Source: Camelus ferus
Taxonomy: Eukaryota
Direction: 5' to 3'
Assembly (NCBI RefSeq): GCF_009834535.1
Contig: NC_045700.1
Span: 46,190,001-46,254,000, forward strand
DNA: 64,000 bases
A program made the translations under genes and the position numbers. A model generated the notes under the pieces. The model did not search any database, was not told where the DNA came from, and saw only the letters and a program-made list of their open reading frames with translations. Positions 13,505 to 26,197 of the stretch are shown piece after piece. Position 1 is the first letter of the stretch, and the number at the start of each line of letters is the position of its first letter.

Positions 13505-16171
13505 TGGGGGTTGATGGTTAAGAAACTCTGGGAGGGGAGTCAGTAGAGCAGGTCTCCAGGGAGAGGAGCCCTGGTGATACATCCCATTTTTAGGAGTAAA
13601 TGATGAAACAATGGTGGAGCTGTAGACGTAAAAAGAGAAAGAAGAAAGAACCAATTGTAGGAAGAGTTTACAAGAGTGCCTTCATGAACTCTTTGTAGAA
13701 CTTTCATCCATAAGTGATGTCTGTTCTTCTGAATTCATATTTTCTTCTTCCATATTTTAATTGTGTTTCTTACCACATTTCCCCTTGATAATTGCTGTAC
13801 ATTCACAGTTCTCCCTTACTCAGTTTTAACTTCCTTGGTGCAAGAACTGTGGTCCCTGTGTCACCGGAGTGCTTTATTCTCTCGTACAGATACTCAGTAA
13901 ACGTTTGCAGATCAAAAAAAAATGCATTTTCAACACCTTCTTTCTGAATTTTGTTGATGTTGTTGGGAAACCTTGTAATTAGCAAAGAGTCAACACTTCA
14001 GTATTCTACATGGTTAATAATCATATAATTAAAATGATAACATGATAAGTGGTAAACATCTTGAGTTTCAAAGACTTTTGATATATCCATGTCATCACTG
14101 GCATTATAAGTACACATGATTTTAGCATACTAATACTCACCTAGCCTCTGTGTAAAATGTTTTTGCTGCTGAGATAGAGTTCAGAATACCTGCTTCATCT
14201 AACTGGGCTGTGATGATTAACATTTCAAAGCCCTTTGAAAAGTTAATAGTATTACAAAAAGGCTGAGATTATCAAGTACATAGTGTTTGAGATCTTACTG
14301 TTGTTATAATAGAGAGAGAAGAATATACATGCACACCCATCTATAAACCTTCAACAATTCAAGAGAATTCTATTACATATATTTTAAGCACTTTCTTCAT
14401 TGCTTTCATTGGATACTTCTTTTAAAAGTCTTTCTGGCTAATGATGATGATGAAGATAATGGTACTCTTAATAAGAAGAACTTCTGTAGCCTTTTATAAT
14501 TTATAATGCTCCCATATATTATTTCGGATCTAATAGCTCATTAGGAGTGGGACTAGCTCTTCATATCCCTGAGTCACTGTCTGTTAAAATACGAGTCAAA
14601 ACAAACTGCAAAGTCATTTTAATGCAAATGTATTTGTTTAGCATTACACCCAATGTACTGAAATACATTTACTCATCTTCAAAAGACATCTGTAAATTAA
14701 AAAAGAGTACAAGTGAAGTAGTTGAGGAAATTAAGCATTACATACATTCCTGCAAGATGCCAGCGCTATTACAGCCTGTTACTGCTGTCCATTTCTTGGC
14801 TAAGCCTCCTGTTCATGACTTTGGGAAGGCAGCTGGGCAGAGTGGTTTTGCCTCCCCTCCCTTCCTGCACCTGCTCAGGTCCGACTGCTGGGTGTTGGAA
14901 TCCACTGTCCCCAGAGGTCCCCCAGAGCTTCTGCAGAAAGTAGCACCCAGGGACTTACTCAGCAGATTAATGGGGGGGCTGGTCATCCTCGTGGCAGAGA
15001 GTTTGCAAATATTATCATACAGACAGACACAGGAGTCATCTAAAGGGAGATGTTTTGCTGATTTTATGGCTAATGTACATTTCACCCCACAAATGCCTGT
15101 GTGTTATTATTTTGTGCTCTGACTAGTACAGAAACTGGTTAATTAGTCCCTAGATAATCCCAAATTGGCTGAATTAAGATTTAAGAGCATAATTTCTACA
15201 CTGTATAATGCATGTGAGCAGCACCTGGAATCCAGAGCATTTGCCCTCCTTCGTACACCTGACTTTGGTAGTTTCCATTCTTGCTTCTTTGGGTGATAAA
15301 ACAAGGTACAGCCTAGAATGTTGTGGGTGCCCCCATTACGGTCCTTACCATACAGTGTTCTGATTTTGGCTACATGGCTCCCTTCCCCACTGGACTCTGA
15401 GCTCCTGCGGGGTAGGGTTGGTGCTTGCTCGCCTCTGTCCTTCCAGGAAAGGCATCTAATGTAGGTAGGAAAGCAATACAGTTTACTGAATGGATAAATA
15501 AAATGAATGTGCCCTCATGAAAGGATGCATTTGGTGGAGATTTATTTAAAATTCCATGCATTTTGATAATTCATATTGCAAAGTTAAGTCTTATGTATTT
15601 GAATGCCATTAATTTGAAAGGTTGATGTGACAAAAGGTTATAAATCAGTGTTAAAACCTACTCCTTTCAAGATCATAAACACATTCTAATAACATAATCT
15701 TTTTGGGTACTGCTAATAGGCATTATTTACCATGACAATTTATATAGTACTTAAAAGAACTTTATTTTATCAAAATATTTTTAGTTTGTGTCTTTTGCTA
15801 ACTCAGATGGGTTAACCTCTCTGCCTAACCTTGCTGTCTGATTTAGAAAGTTTTCAATGACAGTGAAACTCATCCTAGAAGAGTTGAAGAACTATGAGAA
15901 GGAAAGAAAAGAAAGTTGGAAAACAGCAATTCAGTGGTTTTTATAAAACAAGACCCAAATAGTATTCATCAATGAATGAATAGAAAAATGATAAAACTTA
16001 CGTGCATGACATGTGAAATAATAAAATAGGGAGATAATAAGCCAAAATGAAAAATGTTGTCAATTGGACTTCAGAGAAGAATGAGAACATTGTAAGGAAA
16101 AGCTCCATGAAGGAAGTGAACCCTAAGCTTGTCATAAGGAAATAAGCCAGCGTGCGAAGACACTTCACATC

Positions 16172-16785
16172 TGTGTTAGCTTTCTATTGCTGTGTAACAA
16201 ATCACAGCAACCCAGTGGCCCAGAACATCATGCCTTTATTGCCTTGCTGTTTCTATGCGGCAGGAGCGTGGGCATGCTTGTCTGCGTCCTCTGCTGCGTC
16301 TTGAGGCTGAAATCAAGGTGCTGACCAGGCTGTGTCCCTATCTGGACTTGGGGACCTCTTCTGAGCTCACTTGGTTGTTGGTAGAATTCAGTTCCTTATA
16401 GTTGTAGGACTGGGGTCCCTGTTTTCTCACTGGCTGTCAGCCAGGGGCTTCATACATTTCTTGCCACACGGCAGCTCCCTTCTTCGAGGCCAGCAAAAGA
16501 GCCTCCCTTTTTTTTCCCTCTCTTTTAGAGGACTTGCTTGATTAGGTCAGGCCCACGTGGAAAAAATTTACCTTTAGATTAACTTAAAGCCAACTGATTA
16601 GGGTCCTTAATTATACCCACAAAATCTTTTCCCCTTTGCTTTGTGTCATGACATAGCATGGGAGTGATATCTCTACATTTATGCCGTATTCTGGTGACTG
16701 AAAGTAAGTTAGAGCTGCTGCCCCCACTCGAGGGGTTATACAGGGGTGGTTCTTTGGGGATTAGCCTAGCATCCTGCCTACTACA
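16172..16785. mobile_element. MLT1 (MaLR) solo LTR
   Basis: TG...CA termini (tgtgttagctttctattgctgtgtaacaaat ... atcctgcctactaca) and internal ggctgaaatcaaggtg. Confidence 0.8.
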
Positions 16786-18768
16786 GGGCCTTCTTTTGTA
16801 AATGATCATTCTATTCTTATTTGAACAGGCCTTAAACGTGAATTTTTTTTTTAAGTGATTTAAACAGTGGGGCCTGGCCGTGGGTGTCAGAGGCTAGGCT
16901 AAGGAAAATAACTTCTCTGAACTTGGAATGTTTACTTAGGGGACCAGCTGGACTCAGGTATTGAGGGAGTGGAAGGAGCCTAGAGTGTGTTAGAATTGGA
17001 GAAACCTGCGTCATCGTTTTGAAACACTGCAGGAGCTTCCTGCCTGGTCTCTTGGCTGCTGGTCTGTGCCCTCTCCCACCTGCCTTTGCTTACAGTCAAG
17101 GCGACCTTTCCAAAACACACATCCAGCCATGCCACCACTCTGCTTAAAATGCTTCTGCCTACTATGAGACGGAGCCCCAAGCTCTCCAGCCTCCTGGGCA
17201 AGGGCTGCCGTGCCGTGCCATTCCGCTTCCCATCCTGATATGTGTGCCCTGCATTCACCCTCAAGGGAGGGGTTAGGAGGAGGGCTGCAGTGGAGAGACG
17301 CTGAGTCGGTACAATTACCTGGATGTGGTGAGAGAGAATGAGCCTGCCCCACGCAGGTGTGCAGGTGCGGTCGCAGATGTGGGAGAGAAGGCGAGTTCAG
17401 TTTGAGGTCTCTCTCTGTAGCACGTTGCACCCGAGGACTTCTTGCATGCTTGGCCCTCTACTGAGTACCATGGGATCTATGAAGGACAAGAAGGCATGGT
17501 TTGTACACATTTCTGGAAGGACACAAAGTGAATACAACCAAATGTATTAACATGGTTTCATTTACCCACATTGAAATGAAATTAGTGCAAAACAAGCCAA
17601 ATACAGTTGCACAGATAGTGGCTCTTATATCTTGAAAGCGCACTGGATTCTTGATCCCTGCCATTCAAGTGAAAAATGGGAGTTTTGGCGTTTCTTTTCT
17701 CTGGGTTAGTATCGTATGTTTGACTTGCTTGTCAGTGAGGCATGTACTGAGGCATGACCTCTGTCTACAGAGATGAGAATATAGGTGACATTAGGACATG
17801 ATGTGTTCACCAGAGAAGGGGGCAACCGAAGGATCATCACCTGGGGTAGATCTCAGAGGTGGGCTGGCAAAGATGTCCGGTAATAGGTGCGTGGAATTTC
17901 CTCCACTCCATGAAGGGCCGATGAAACATTACTTTTTGTAGTTTCTGAGGCTTAAATGTTTCAACAACGGGAGACATTATTAGGGCCTAATTTGGGGGTA
18001 CCCAAAGGAAACATCAGGAAGAGAGGTTTCACACTCGTCCTGGTTATCTCAGATTAACTCTGTCTTTCCAAGTGTCTTTTGTCACTTGGCCTCACACAGT
18101 CTGGCTGGGAATCTTGAAGTTCTTTTGGACTGTATGGAAGTATGGAAGTTTTTCTTCTTCTGCTTTCCGTTTCTTCTGTAGTCCAGTTTCTTCTGGGGAG
18201 TGCTGGGCCAAAAAGGTTGCTAAGCTGCCCTGGTCAGCCTTCCTAATATGGGTCATGGTCTGGGAGAACAAGCAAGACGGGTGCTCATTTCCTTCTTGAC
18301 AGGAAGATGGGTTCTAATCTCTATCTCCTTTCCCGTGTAACTAGGTGGAACCCACATATCAATGTCCAGCCAACATCCAGCTCATCTGGTCCTTGTGACC
18401 TACCCCCGGCCCTGGGGTTGGCGGGGCTGCTGGCCGGGGCTGGGTGTGAGCCTGCTGCTGCCTGCACCGCTTCCCAGGAGCCATGCCCCGCCGGCCCCGC
18501 CTCATCCAGGGAGGCTCGGCCAGCCACTGCCACCCTTCACTGCTTGTGAAATCTCCCCCCCGCACTCAGAGACTCGCTGAAAGTGGTGTGCCTCCTGCCG
18601 AAATTCTAGCATCTGTTTCAAAGCCCCTTAAGCTCGAGAACATGGCTTCTGGTGGGGAGTTGGTAAGGCCCTTCCAAAGGGATGAGGGGTGGAGAGAGGT
18701 GCTGCTGCCCATGTGCTGTCCCTCCCTGGGAAAGCCTGCAGGGCTCCCAGCTCTTCCAGACGCTTGGT

Positions 18769-18988
18769 CATCTCATAAACGAGGCACTAAGGCATCGGGG
18801 CATCTCATAAACGGGGCACTGAGGCATCGGGGCATCTCATAAACGGGGCACTGAGGCATCGGGGCATCTCATAAACGGGGCACTGAGGCATCGGGGCATC
18901 TCATAAACGGGGCACTGAGGCATCGGGGCATCTCATAAGCGGGGCACTGAGGCATCGGGGCATCTCATAAACGGGGCACTGAGGCATC
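18769..18988. repeat. 32-bp minisatellite, about 6.9 copies
   Basis: Unit catctcataaacggggcactgaggcatcgggg starts at 18769, 18801, 18833, 18865, 18897, 18929 and 18961 (partial). Confidence 0.98.
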
Positions 18989-19418
18989 AGCGATTCCCTA
19001 GGAAGCAGAATCCATGCCCTTTCGGTAGAGGTAAATCGGGAAGCTTGCCAAGGCTGTAGGCATATGCTTTGAATATAGTTATCTTGGGCCTGAAAGTGTG
19101 ATGGGGGCAGGTGGAGATCCTCTCAAAACAACTCCTGAAAGCTTGTGTCTTAGGTCACCCCCTTAGTGACAGGTCATCTGCTCATGTCCTCCAAAAATGT
19201 TCATCTCTCATGGTGGGCTCTGGCTTCCTCTGGCAATGTGCCAAGTCCCTTAGACCCTGGCGCATCCAGTCCTGACCTCTCTGTTAGTTTAGGTGATGCT
19301 GTGGTAACAACACCCCCAACCCCACCCAAAATCTCAGGAGCTTCACTCAGTGGAACTTTGCTTGTCACTTACACAAAGTCCTCATGTTGTGGCTGTAGCA
19401 TCTGAACCACACACCTTC

Positions 19419-19853
19419 TGTGTTAGTTTCCTAGGGTTGCTGAGACAAGAGACCACACACTATGTGTGTTAAAACCATAGAAATCTATTCTCTTTTGATT
19501 CTGGAGGCCAGAAGCCCCAAATCAAGATGTCATCAAGGCCATGTTCTACTGCAGCCTCTAAGGGAGGGTCCTTCCTTGTCTCTTCCTAGCTTCCGGTGGT
19601 TGCCAGCAGTCTTTGGTGTTTCCTGGCCTAGAGGTGCATCACTCCAATCTCTGCCTCCACCTCCACATGGCCATCTTCCCTGCGTGTCTGCTTCTAAATT
19701 TCCTTCTTCTCATAAGGACACCAGTCCTTGGATTGTGGCCCACTCGGATCCAGTATGACCTCATCTTAACTTGATTACATCTGCAGAGACCCTGTTTCCA
19801 AATAAGGTCACACTCATGGGTCCCGGGTATTAGGGCTACAATAACCCATAACA
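19419..19853. mobile_element. MLT1C-like MaLR solo LTR, probably nested in an older MLT1 relic (about 19280-20000)
   Basis: tgtgttagtttcctagggttgc...ttctggaggccagaag...tatgacctcatcttaact...ccaaataaggtcaca...acccataaca. Confidence 0.85.
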
Positions 19854-20846
19854 CACTGCAAAGCTGTGGCTGAGGAGGAGATGGAAGACACCCCAGCCAC
19901 CAGCTCCTAACAGTTATACCTCAGAAGTAATACCGGCTAGTTTTGTTCACAGTCCACTGGCCAGAACATGGCTCCAACACAGCTGGTAAATGTCGGGGAG
20001 CACCTAGGGGTTTGGTGAGAATTATCTGTCACACTCAGTCACATCCTCACCCAGCTCATTTCCTCTGATCCCAGAATGTTCTTGGGCACTTATGAGGCGG
20101 GGTATTTTCTGTATATTGTGAAATATCTATCAAAGAATGTCATGTGATCCTACAAAGCCTATTGAAAGGACAGACTTGGAAAACTGCTCAAGGAAAGAAA
20201 GAAAATAGTTTATATCATCTGTAAAACTGTCTCATTTTGTTTAGTTCTTTGGCTCATCTTCGTTCACAGAGTATAGGATGGTCAACAAGTTGGATTGTGT
20301 CCATAGATGTTTCTTGTGTGGCCCACTCAACGTTTAAGAAATGTGAACACAATATATATATTTTAAAAAGCACATAAATGTTATTAGTGGTTATGCAGAA
20401 TAGAATAATGGATGATTTTTATTTTGTGTGCTTTTTAAATTTTCCAAAATTTTGTGCAATGAGTATGCGTCAATTTTTAATCAGATAAAAGTGTTATTTT
20501 CTATTTAAAAATATGAACAAATGTCTAGATATCTGTTCTTGAACAACTGAAAGATAGAACAACACCTGGGCCCATGTTTCCACAGAAAACCAGTGATAAG
20601 GAAAATAGCCAATAAGGTCTGCTCCCTGTGGGCAGTCCCACTTCTGCAGTCCCCACCATTCCCTATAGTATTGCCAACACAGAGGCAGAACATCAGTTCC
20701 AATTTGTCTTTGCTTTTACCATTGTTTTTGTATAGAAGAGATTTTTTTCTCCTTCTGTTTGGCTCTTTTCACTCATTTACTTTACTTGATAGGCCCCCCT
20801 TAGGCATTTGTGTTTGTGACCTCAATTTTAAGTAAGTATAGCCATC

Positions 20847-21806
20847 TGTAAAGGAAAAACTCCTCTTCCCGTGCTTCCTTGGTCCTCACACTACTACCAT
20901 ACATTCAACACTTCTGATACCAGATGTGTGGGTTTTCCACACTTAGNNNNNNNNNNNNNNNNNNNNNNNNNNNNNNNNNNNNNNNNNNNNNNNNNNNNNN
21001 NNNNNNNNNNNNNNNNNNNNNNNNNNNNNNNNNNNNNNNNNNNNNNNNNNNNNNNNNNNNNNNNNNNNNNNNNNNCCCCCCAAACATGCACTTTAAGTGC
21101 CAGTCTCAAGTCCAAGTTGTTACCTGTGCTTCTGACCACCTGGCTATAAATCAGAGGTTTCCACAAACCCCTCTTTGGGTTTGATGAATTAGCTTGAGCT
21201 GTTCGCAGGACTCAGGAAAACAATTACTTACTAGATTTATTATAAAAGGATATGGCTCAGGATCAGCCAGACAGAGAGATGTATAGGCACAGTATGGGAA
21301 GGAGCACGGAGCTTCCACACCCTCTTCCAGTGCCACGCTTCCCACATTTCTGACTGTTCGCCAATCCAGAAGCTCTCAGACCTCCGTAGTTCAAGGATTT
21401 TTATGGACGCTTCATTACTGAGCCATGCTTGTTGAAGCGGATTGGCCACTGGTGATTGAACTCAATCTCCAGCTCCTTGGCCCCCATGTCAGGGGGTGGG
21501 GCTGAAGTTCCAACCCTCTGATCACATGATTGGTTCTCCTGGCAACCAGCTCCCATCCTTAGGTTACCTAGGGGTTTTCCAGAAGTCACCTCATCAATGT
21601 AAACTCAGCTGTGGTGCCTTGACACCTATTTCACCTTTATGGCCCTTAAGCATTTCAGGAACTGAGGACAAAAGACCACATATTATAACAAAAGATGCCC
21701 CTATGACTCTCATGTAGGAAATGACAAGAGTTTAAGGAGCTCTGTGCAAGGAACAGTAGACAATTTCTTATTTCTTATTATTTTATATTTCTTATTATAT
21801 ATCACA
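20847..21806. mobile_element. MER21-family solo LTR containing an assembly gap
   Basis: TG...CA termini, near-perfect 5-bp TSD ccatc (20842-20846) / ccatt (21807-21811), and MER21-like text ttctgataccagatgtgtgggtttt...gttccaaccctct.atcacatg. Confidence 0.75.
20947..21075. other. Assembly gap (129 N)
   Basis: Run of n. Confidence 1.
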
Positions 21807-22004
21807 CCATTTGCAGTAGTCATGATTTAAGGTGAATAGATGACGAAGGCCAGGAATTATTTATAATGGTTATAGAGGGGTAAATATTTGCAGTAAAAGA
21901 CTTGGAATCGGGATGTTTGCATCAATTTGAATACAGTTAGAATAATGCATATTGACTCACGGAAGTCCTGATACAGCTTTTTGTGCCTTTTCTCCCCTTT
22001 ACAG

Positions 22005-22147
22005 ACCATTGGAACGATCCAGTGAAGATGTGGATATAATCTTCACACGGCTGAAAGAAGTTAAAGCCTTTGAGAAATTTCACCCAAACCTCCTTCATCA
22101 GATTTGTTTATGCAGTTATTATGAGAATCTGGAAAAAGGAATAACAT
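22005..22147 (+). CDS. RAPGEF4: RAPGEF4/Epac2 coding exon (orthologous exon 2), start of CNB-A domain
   Basis: Acceptor tttacag|A at 22004/22005 and donor T|gtaaga at 22147/22148; 143 nt. Translates (R)[47 protein letters not shown], matching recalled mammalian Epac2A residues about 22-69. Confidence 0.97.
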
Positions 22148-22711
22148 GTAAGAAATGCAACTCCAGTGGCGTGTTTTCATGTATAGTTTGTGCTCATTTG
22201 TGGTTACCACGTGGGGATGGATAGCATATGGGGTATCTATGTGCCAAATAGCTGAGGTTCAACCGAAGTATTGGGTTGACATTTCTCTCTCCTTTGTTTG
22301 TTCAGTTCCATGTAGGCATTTTCTTAACACCTTTCTTCACAGCACAAAAGTGGTTCTTCCAGGGCAGCCTCCTTTCCAGATGGAGCTGGAAGGATGTACT
22401 GATTTATATGTTCAGCAATATCCATAGAAATTCTAATATATAACTCTCTTCTCTAACTCAAGAAATATGTGAGCCAGTAGGATATTAAGTAAAGAGAAAA
22501 GATCTCTTAACTAATAATAATAATTTTTAAAATTAAAGCATAGCTGATTTACTGTGTAATAAATCAGTAATGTTTTGAGTTAACCTCAGTGATAACATCT
22601 ATTCCAGATGTGACTAAGGGGCAGAGAGAGTAAAATGATAGGGTGACAGCTGCGTTTTTGAAAAAAGTATTTGCACATTAAAAAGTAGTGCTTTTCCATC
22701 TGTTGGGATGC

Positions 22712-23305
22712 CTTACGCTGCAGTAGCAGAAAACTTCCATCCAACTGGCTTGAATAATCAATTACTCATACAAGGAGGGAAAATCAGTTACTCATGAGTA
22801 GGCAGTCCTGAGGTAGGACATCTTCAGGGTTGGTTGACTGCGTGACTCTGTGACATTATTAAGATCGCAGGTTCCTCCCTTCTTTTTTGTTGGTTTATTC
22901 GTTTTTGTTCTGCATCCCCAGATGTTGGCTTTTGTCCTCAGATTTGTCCCAAATAGTTCTCAGACAGCTAGCTACGGCAGTTGAAGGCATGTGTGCTGAT
23001 ACAGAACGTTCCTGCTGAGAAATGATTCTTGTCTGTTTTTCAGAAGTCCCCCAGCAGACTCCCTGTAGTGTTTCACTGGCCAGGTTTTGTTTCAATGCAT
23101 CATGTGCCCACATCTAACCCAGTCGCTGGCAAAAACCATTGTATCACCATGACTGATTTAGACCAATCATGGTTACCCCAGTGGAGCTATACTCTGAGCA
23201 CTTGGTCCTGTGGAGAAGGGTGGGAACTTGTATAAAATCCATGTTCAGTTAAATAGGAGGAAAGGAGGACATGATTCTGAGTGGGAAACCAACGAGGTCT
23301 GTCAC
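22712..23305. mobile_element. Old MLT1 (J/K/L-type) LTR
   Basis: agcagactccc...tcactggccag...catgtgcccacatctaacc...ttagaccaatca...tctgtcaca. Confidence 0.6.
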
Positions 23306-23985
23306 AACATCGTTGCAGAAAATTTCAAAGACAAAATAAAAGTCACCTCCAATCCCCAAATCCAGAGATTGCCATTACCATTTTCTGTGTGTCCTTCAAG
23401 ATGTTTTCCCACATGCACATGTGCAAAAACACCATCACACTTCTATGAACAAAATCATCCATACATGTTGTTTTCAAATCAGTATTTTTTATTCTTACTA
23501 ATAGTGGGAACTTCATTCTTTTGGAGATGAGACTCTGCTTTCTATTTCTTAAGGCCATTTTCAAAATGAGTCTTTGATGATATTTAAGGTGAATTTGATT
23601 GGCAAATGATAATGTGTTTTGGAGCCAAGAAGTTCATGAAAGGCAAAACTCTAACTCTAAAATAAGTCACTTACAGAGGCTCAGAATAGCAGTTACTGGA
23701 AAGGCCAGCTATAAACTCATCAGTCCCCCGTCTTAAGCTTCTCATCGCACTTGGTAGGACGCCATTGTTGTTCTTGCCTTTCCACAGCAGGTCTTAGTCA
23801 CAGAGTTTCGAGCAGCTTGTCATCTTTAATTCCGGCTCCCGGAAGCTTCCTCAGATGCAGTGAGCACTAGCCTTGCCAGAACTCAACTGTCCCACTGAGC
23901 TGTTGTGTGATTTTTTCATTGAGCCACTTGACTTCTGACTCTCTGAAAAGAATTTTAAAATATCAGATCATTCCATCTAGTTATT

Positions 23986-24353
23986 TATTTATTTATTTAT
24001 TTGACGACATAAGGAAATAATATGCAGCTAATAAAATTTTATTTTTTTTATTGAAATATAGTTGATTTACAATGTTGTGTTCGTTTCTGGTGTACAGAAT
24101 AGTGATTCAGTTATACATGTGTATATTCTTCTTCATATTCTTTTCCTTTATGGGTTATTATTGGTCCCACCCCGATATGCTGCCTACAGGAGACCCAGGA
24201 GACCCACTTCATGGTGAAGGAGCACATAGATTGAAAGTGAAGGGTTGGGAAAAGATACTTCATGCAAATGGAAATGACAAGAAAGTAGGGGTAGCAATAT
24301 TCATGTCAGACAAAATAGACTTTAAAACAAAGTTCATAAAGAAAAAGAACGAC
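23986..24353 (-). mobile_element. 5'-inverted L1 insertion (3' UTR on -, ORF2 endonuclease piece on +)
   Basis: 14-bp perfect TSD tccatctagttatt (23972-23985, 24354-24367). The + strand piece translates ICCLQET..HRLKVKGWEKILHANGNDKKVGVAIFMSDKIDFKTK, the L1 EN motif. Confidence 0.9.
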
Positions 24354-25183
24354 TCCATCTAGTTATTAGGATATTTACAGTGTAGTTGGGCTTGTACAAG
24401 CCTTTTGAATCAGTATTTCAGAATGACTTTCCAAACTACTGATCTTAACATGGGTGTGGAACTAAGGTTCTATCTAAATATCTAAATAGTTTCTCTCTGA
24501 GATTAAAAAAGTAAAGCAAAATTAAGTTCAGAAATTTTTGATGAGAATCATTTCCAAAGAGTAGTTAACTCCTAATGCCTAAAAGCAATGAATTTATAAA
24601 ACAAACAAGACAACGAACAATGACAATACAGTGGTTAAAATTTCTAAAACAGATTTTTTTTCTTAATCATTCATTGGCTAGCCTAAAAGGAGACATTTTA
24701 TTCTAGAAAAATATGTTGCTTTTATTATAAATAGATTTTTGAAACTGGGGTGGTCATCTGGTTTTGTTGAGTAGAATAATCTTGTTAATATGTACCCCAT
24801 CGAGAGTAGTAATTTTCCAAGAATCACAACACAATGAAGTTTATTTAAGGTCAGTTACATAGACCACCAGTCAGTTCTTCTTGCATTCAGAGGATCTTAT
24901 AACATTTAGGGTTATCATCCCTTATTAGTGCTCTGTAAACATGAAAGTGTTCTGTTTAATAGAGTTCTACTTCATGGAATGCTGAATAGATAGGATATAG
25001 CTTCGCTGATAGAAGAGGGAGAGAAAATTATGGCATGTCCTGGTGGGAGCAGAGAGAGGAAGGCTTATCTAGGCTGGCTTATCTAGGTCCATGTGGTGCT
25101 TACAATAACCAGTGGGAAACTATCAGGTTACACAGTGAAACCAACTTATATTTGGTCTATTCACATGACCATTTCTTTTTCAG

Positions 25184-25272
25184 TATTTCGCCAGGGTGAT
25201 ATTGGAACCAACTGGTATGCAGTCCTGGCAGGGTCTTTGGATGTTAAAGTTTCTGAGACCAGCAGTCACCAG
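25184..25272 (+). CDS. RAPGEF4: RAPGEF4 coding exon (orthologous exon 3), CNB-A beta-barrel
   Basis: Acceptor tttcttttcag|TA and donor CAG|gtaaaa; 89 nt. Phase is compatible with the previous exon (T+TA = Leu). Translates [30 protein letters not shown]. Confidence 0.97.
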
Positions 25273-26197
25273 GTAAAACACCTTATTGTTTTTTCCCTTC
25301 AAGTAAGATTTATTATTAATATAATTTTTAAAAGATATGTTATCACTCTGACTTGTATGCCATCAAAATTCCCTTTTCAAACCCCTTTCCACTTACCCCT
25401 AGCAAGGAGTTCAGTGAGTATTCGTGGAATTCCTTTATTAAGTTACTCACAAAGTATGATGTGAATGCCTTCTGTGCTTTGAGTACTGTGCCAGGTGTGG
25501 GAACATAAAATGTGGGAACACGTGGGCTGCCCTCCAGGAGCTTGCTGTCCGCTGGGAAGATGCAGACAAGTCCGTGGCAGCGAGAAACTGCTGCTGTGTA
25601 AGGTGAGAGGTGGGCAAAGGGAAAGGAGAAGCAAGTCTTCTAAGGTTCTGCTTAGATCCTCCTCCATCTGGTTTCCTGACTTTTCTTTGTCCTTGAAGTG
25701 ATCTCCTTGTCAGCCTTTTGGGAGCTCCCGCGAAGCGGGGGAGATGGGGTCAATTCAGTCCCCTGAAATTCTCTCACGGTTTCTCTGCTTCATCGTGTCA
25801 AGTGTGGGAGGGCCAATGATACTTCTTTTTTCTCAAGTGCAGCACTGGCTTCCTTTATCGTCATTAGTCACCCCCTAGGAGACTGGCATCCTAGCAGATG
25901 AAATTCAGGTTCTTCCTGCCCCCCGCATATTTGTGACTTTAACATTGGACCCAGACTCTCCTCCCACATCTGCAGTGATCCTCGCTCCGTCATTATTCCA
26001 TGTGGCATAAATATTTAGGCCCTTCCTATTTAGAGCCAAGAATCTCTCATCTCAGAGGATGCCACCCTAGAGGCTACCATCAGGCTTTAGTAGGAAAATG
26101 TTCCCAGTCTTACATTCAAGTATTCAGGATTCAGAGAAGAACTGAAGGAAGAGAACTGGCTAACTATAAAATCGAAAAGAATTATCAAGAAAAATCT

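Noticed and set aside
14547-15122. 191-aa ORF as a nested gene
   Set aside because: GTG start, no recognisable domain and no exon structure; a length that arises by chance in 64 kb.
18769-18988. 32-bp repeat as a CRISPR array
   Set aside because: Units are contiguous with no unique spacers, there are no cas genes, and the DNA is mammalian.
20871-21184. ORFs crossing N runs (also 40250-40584)
   Set aside because: Artefacts of translating assembly gaps.
1-22004. RAPGEF4 exon 1 and main promoter
   Set aside because: I found no MVAAHAAH...LDK coding sequence and no large CpG island; it lies upstream of the window.
21952-22224. Full ORF-track ORFs over the exons (also 25093-25464, 39978-40250)
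   Set aside because: Only the splice-bounded parts match Epac2; the flanks are intronic read-through.
25062-25087. ggcttatctagg repeated at 14-nt spacing (two GATA-type sites) upstream of exon 3
   Set aside because: A trivial local slippage duplication with no other support for function.
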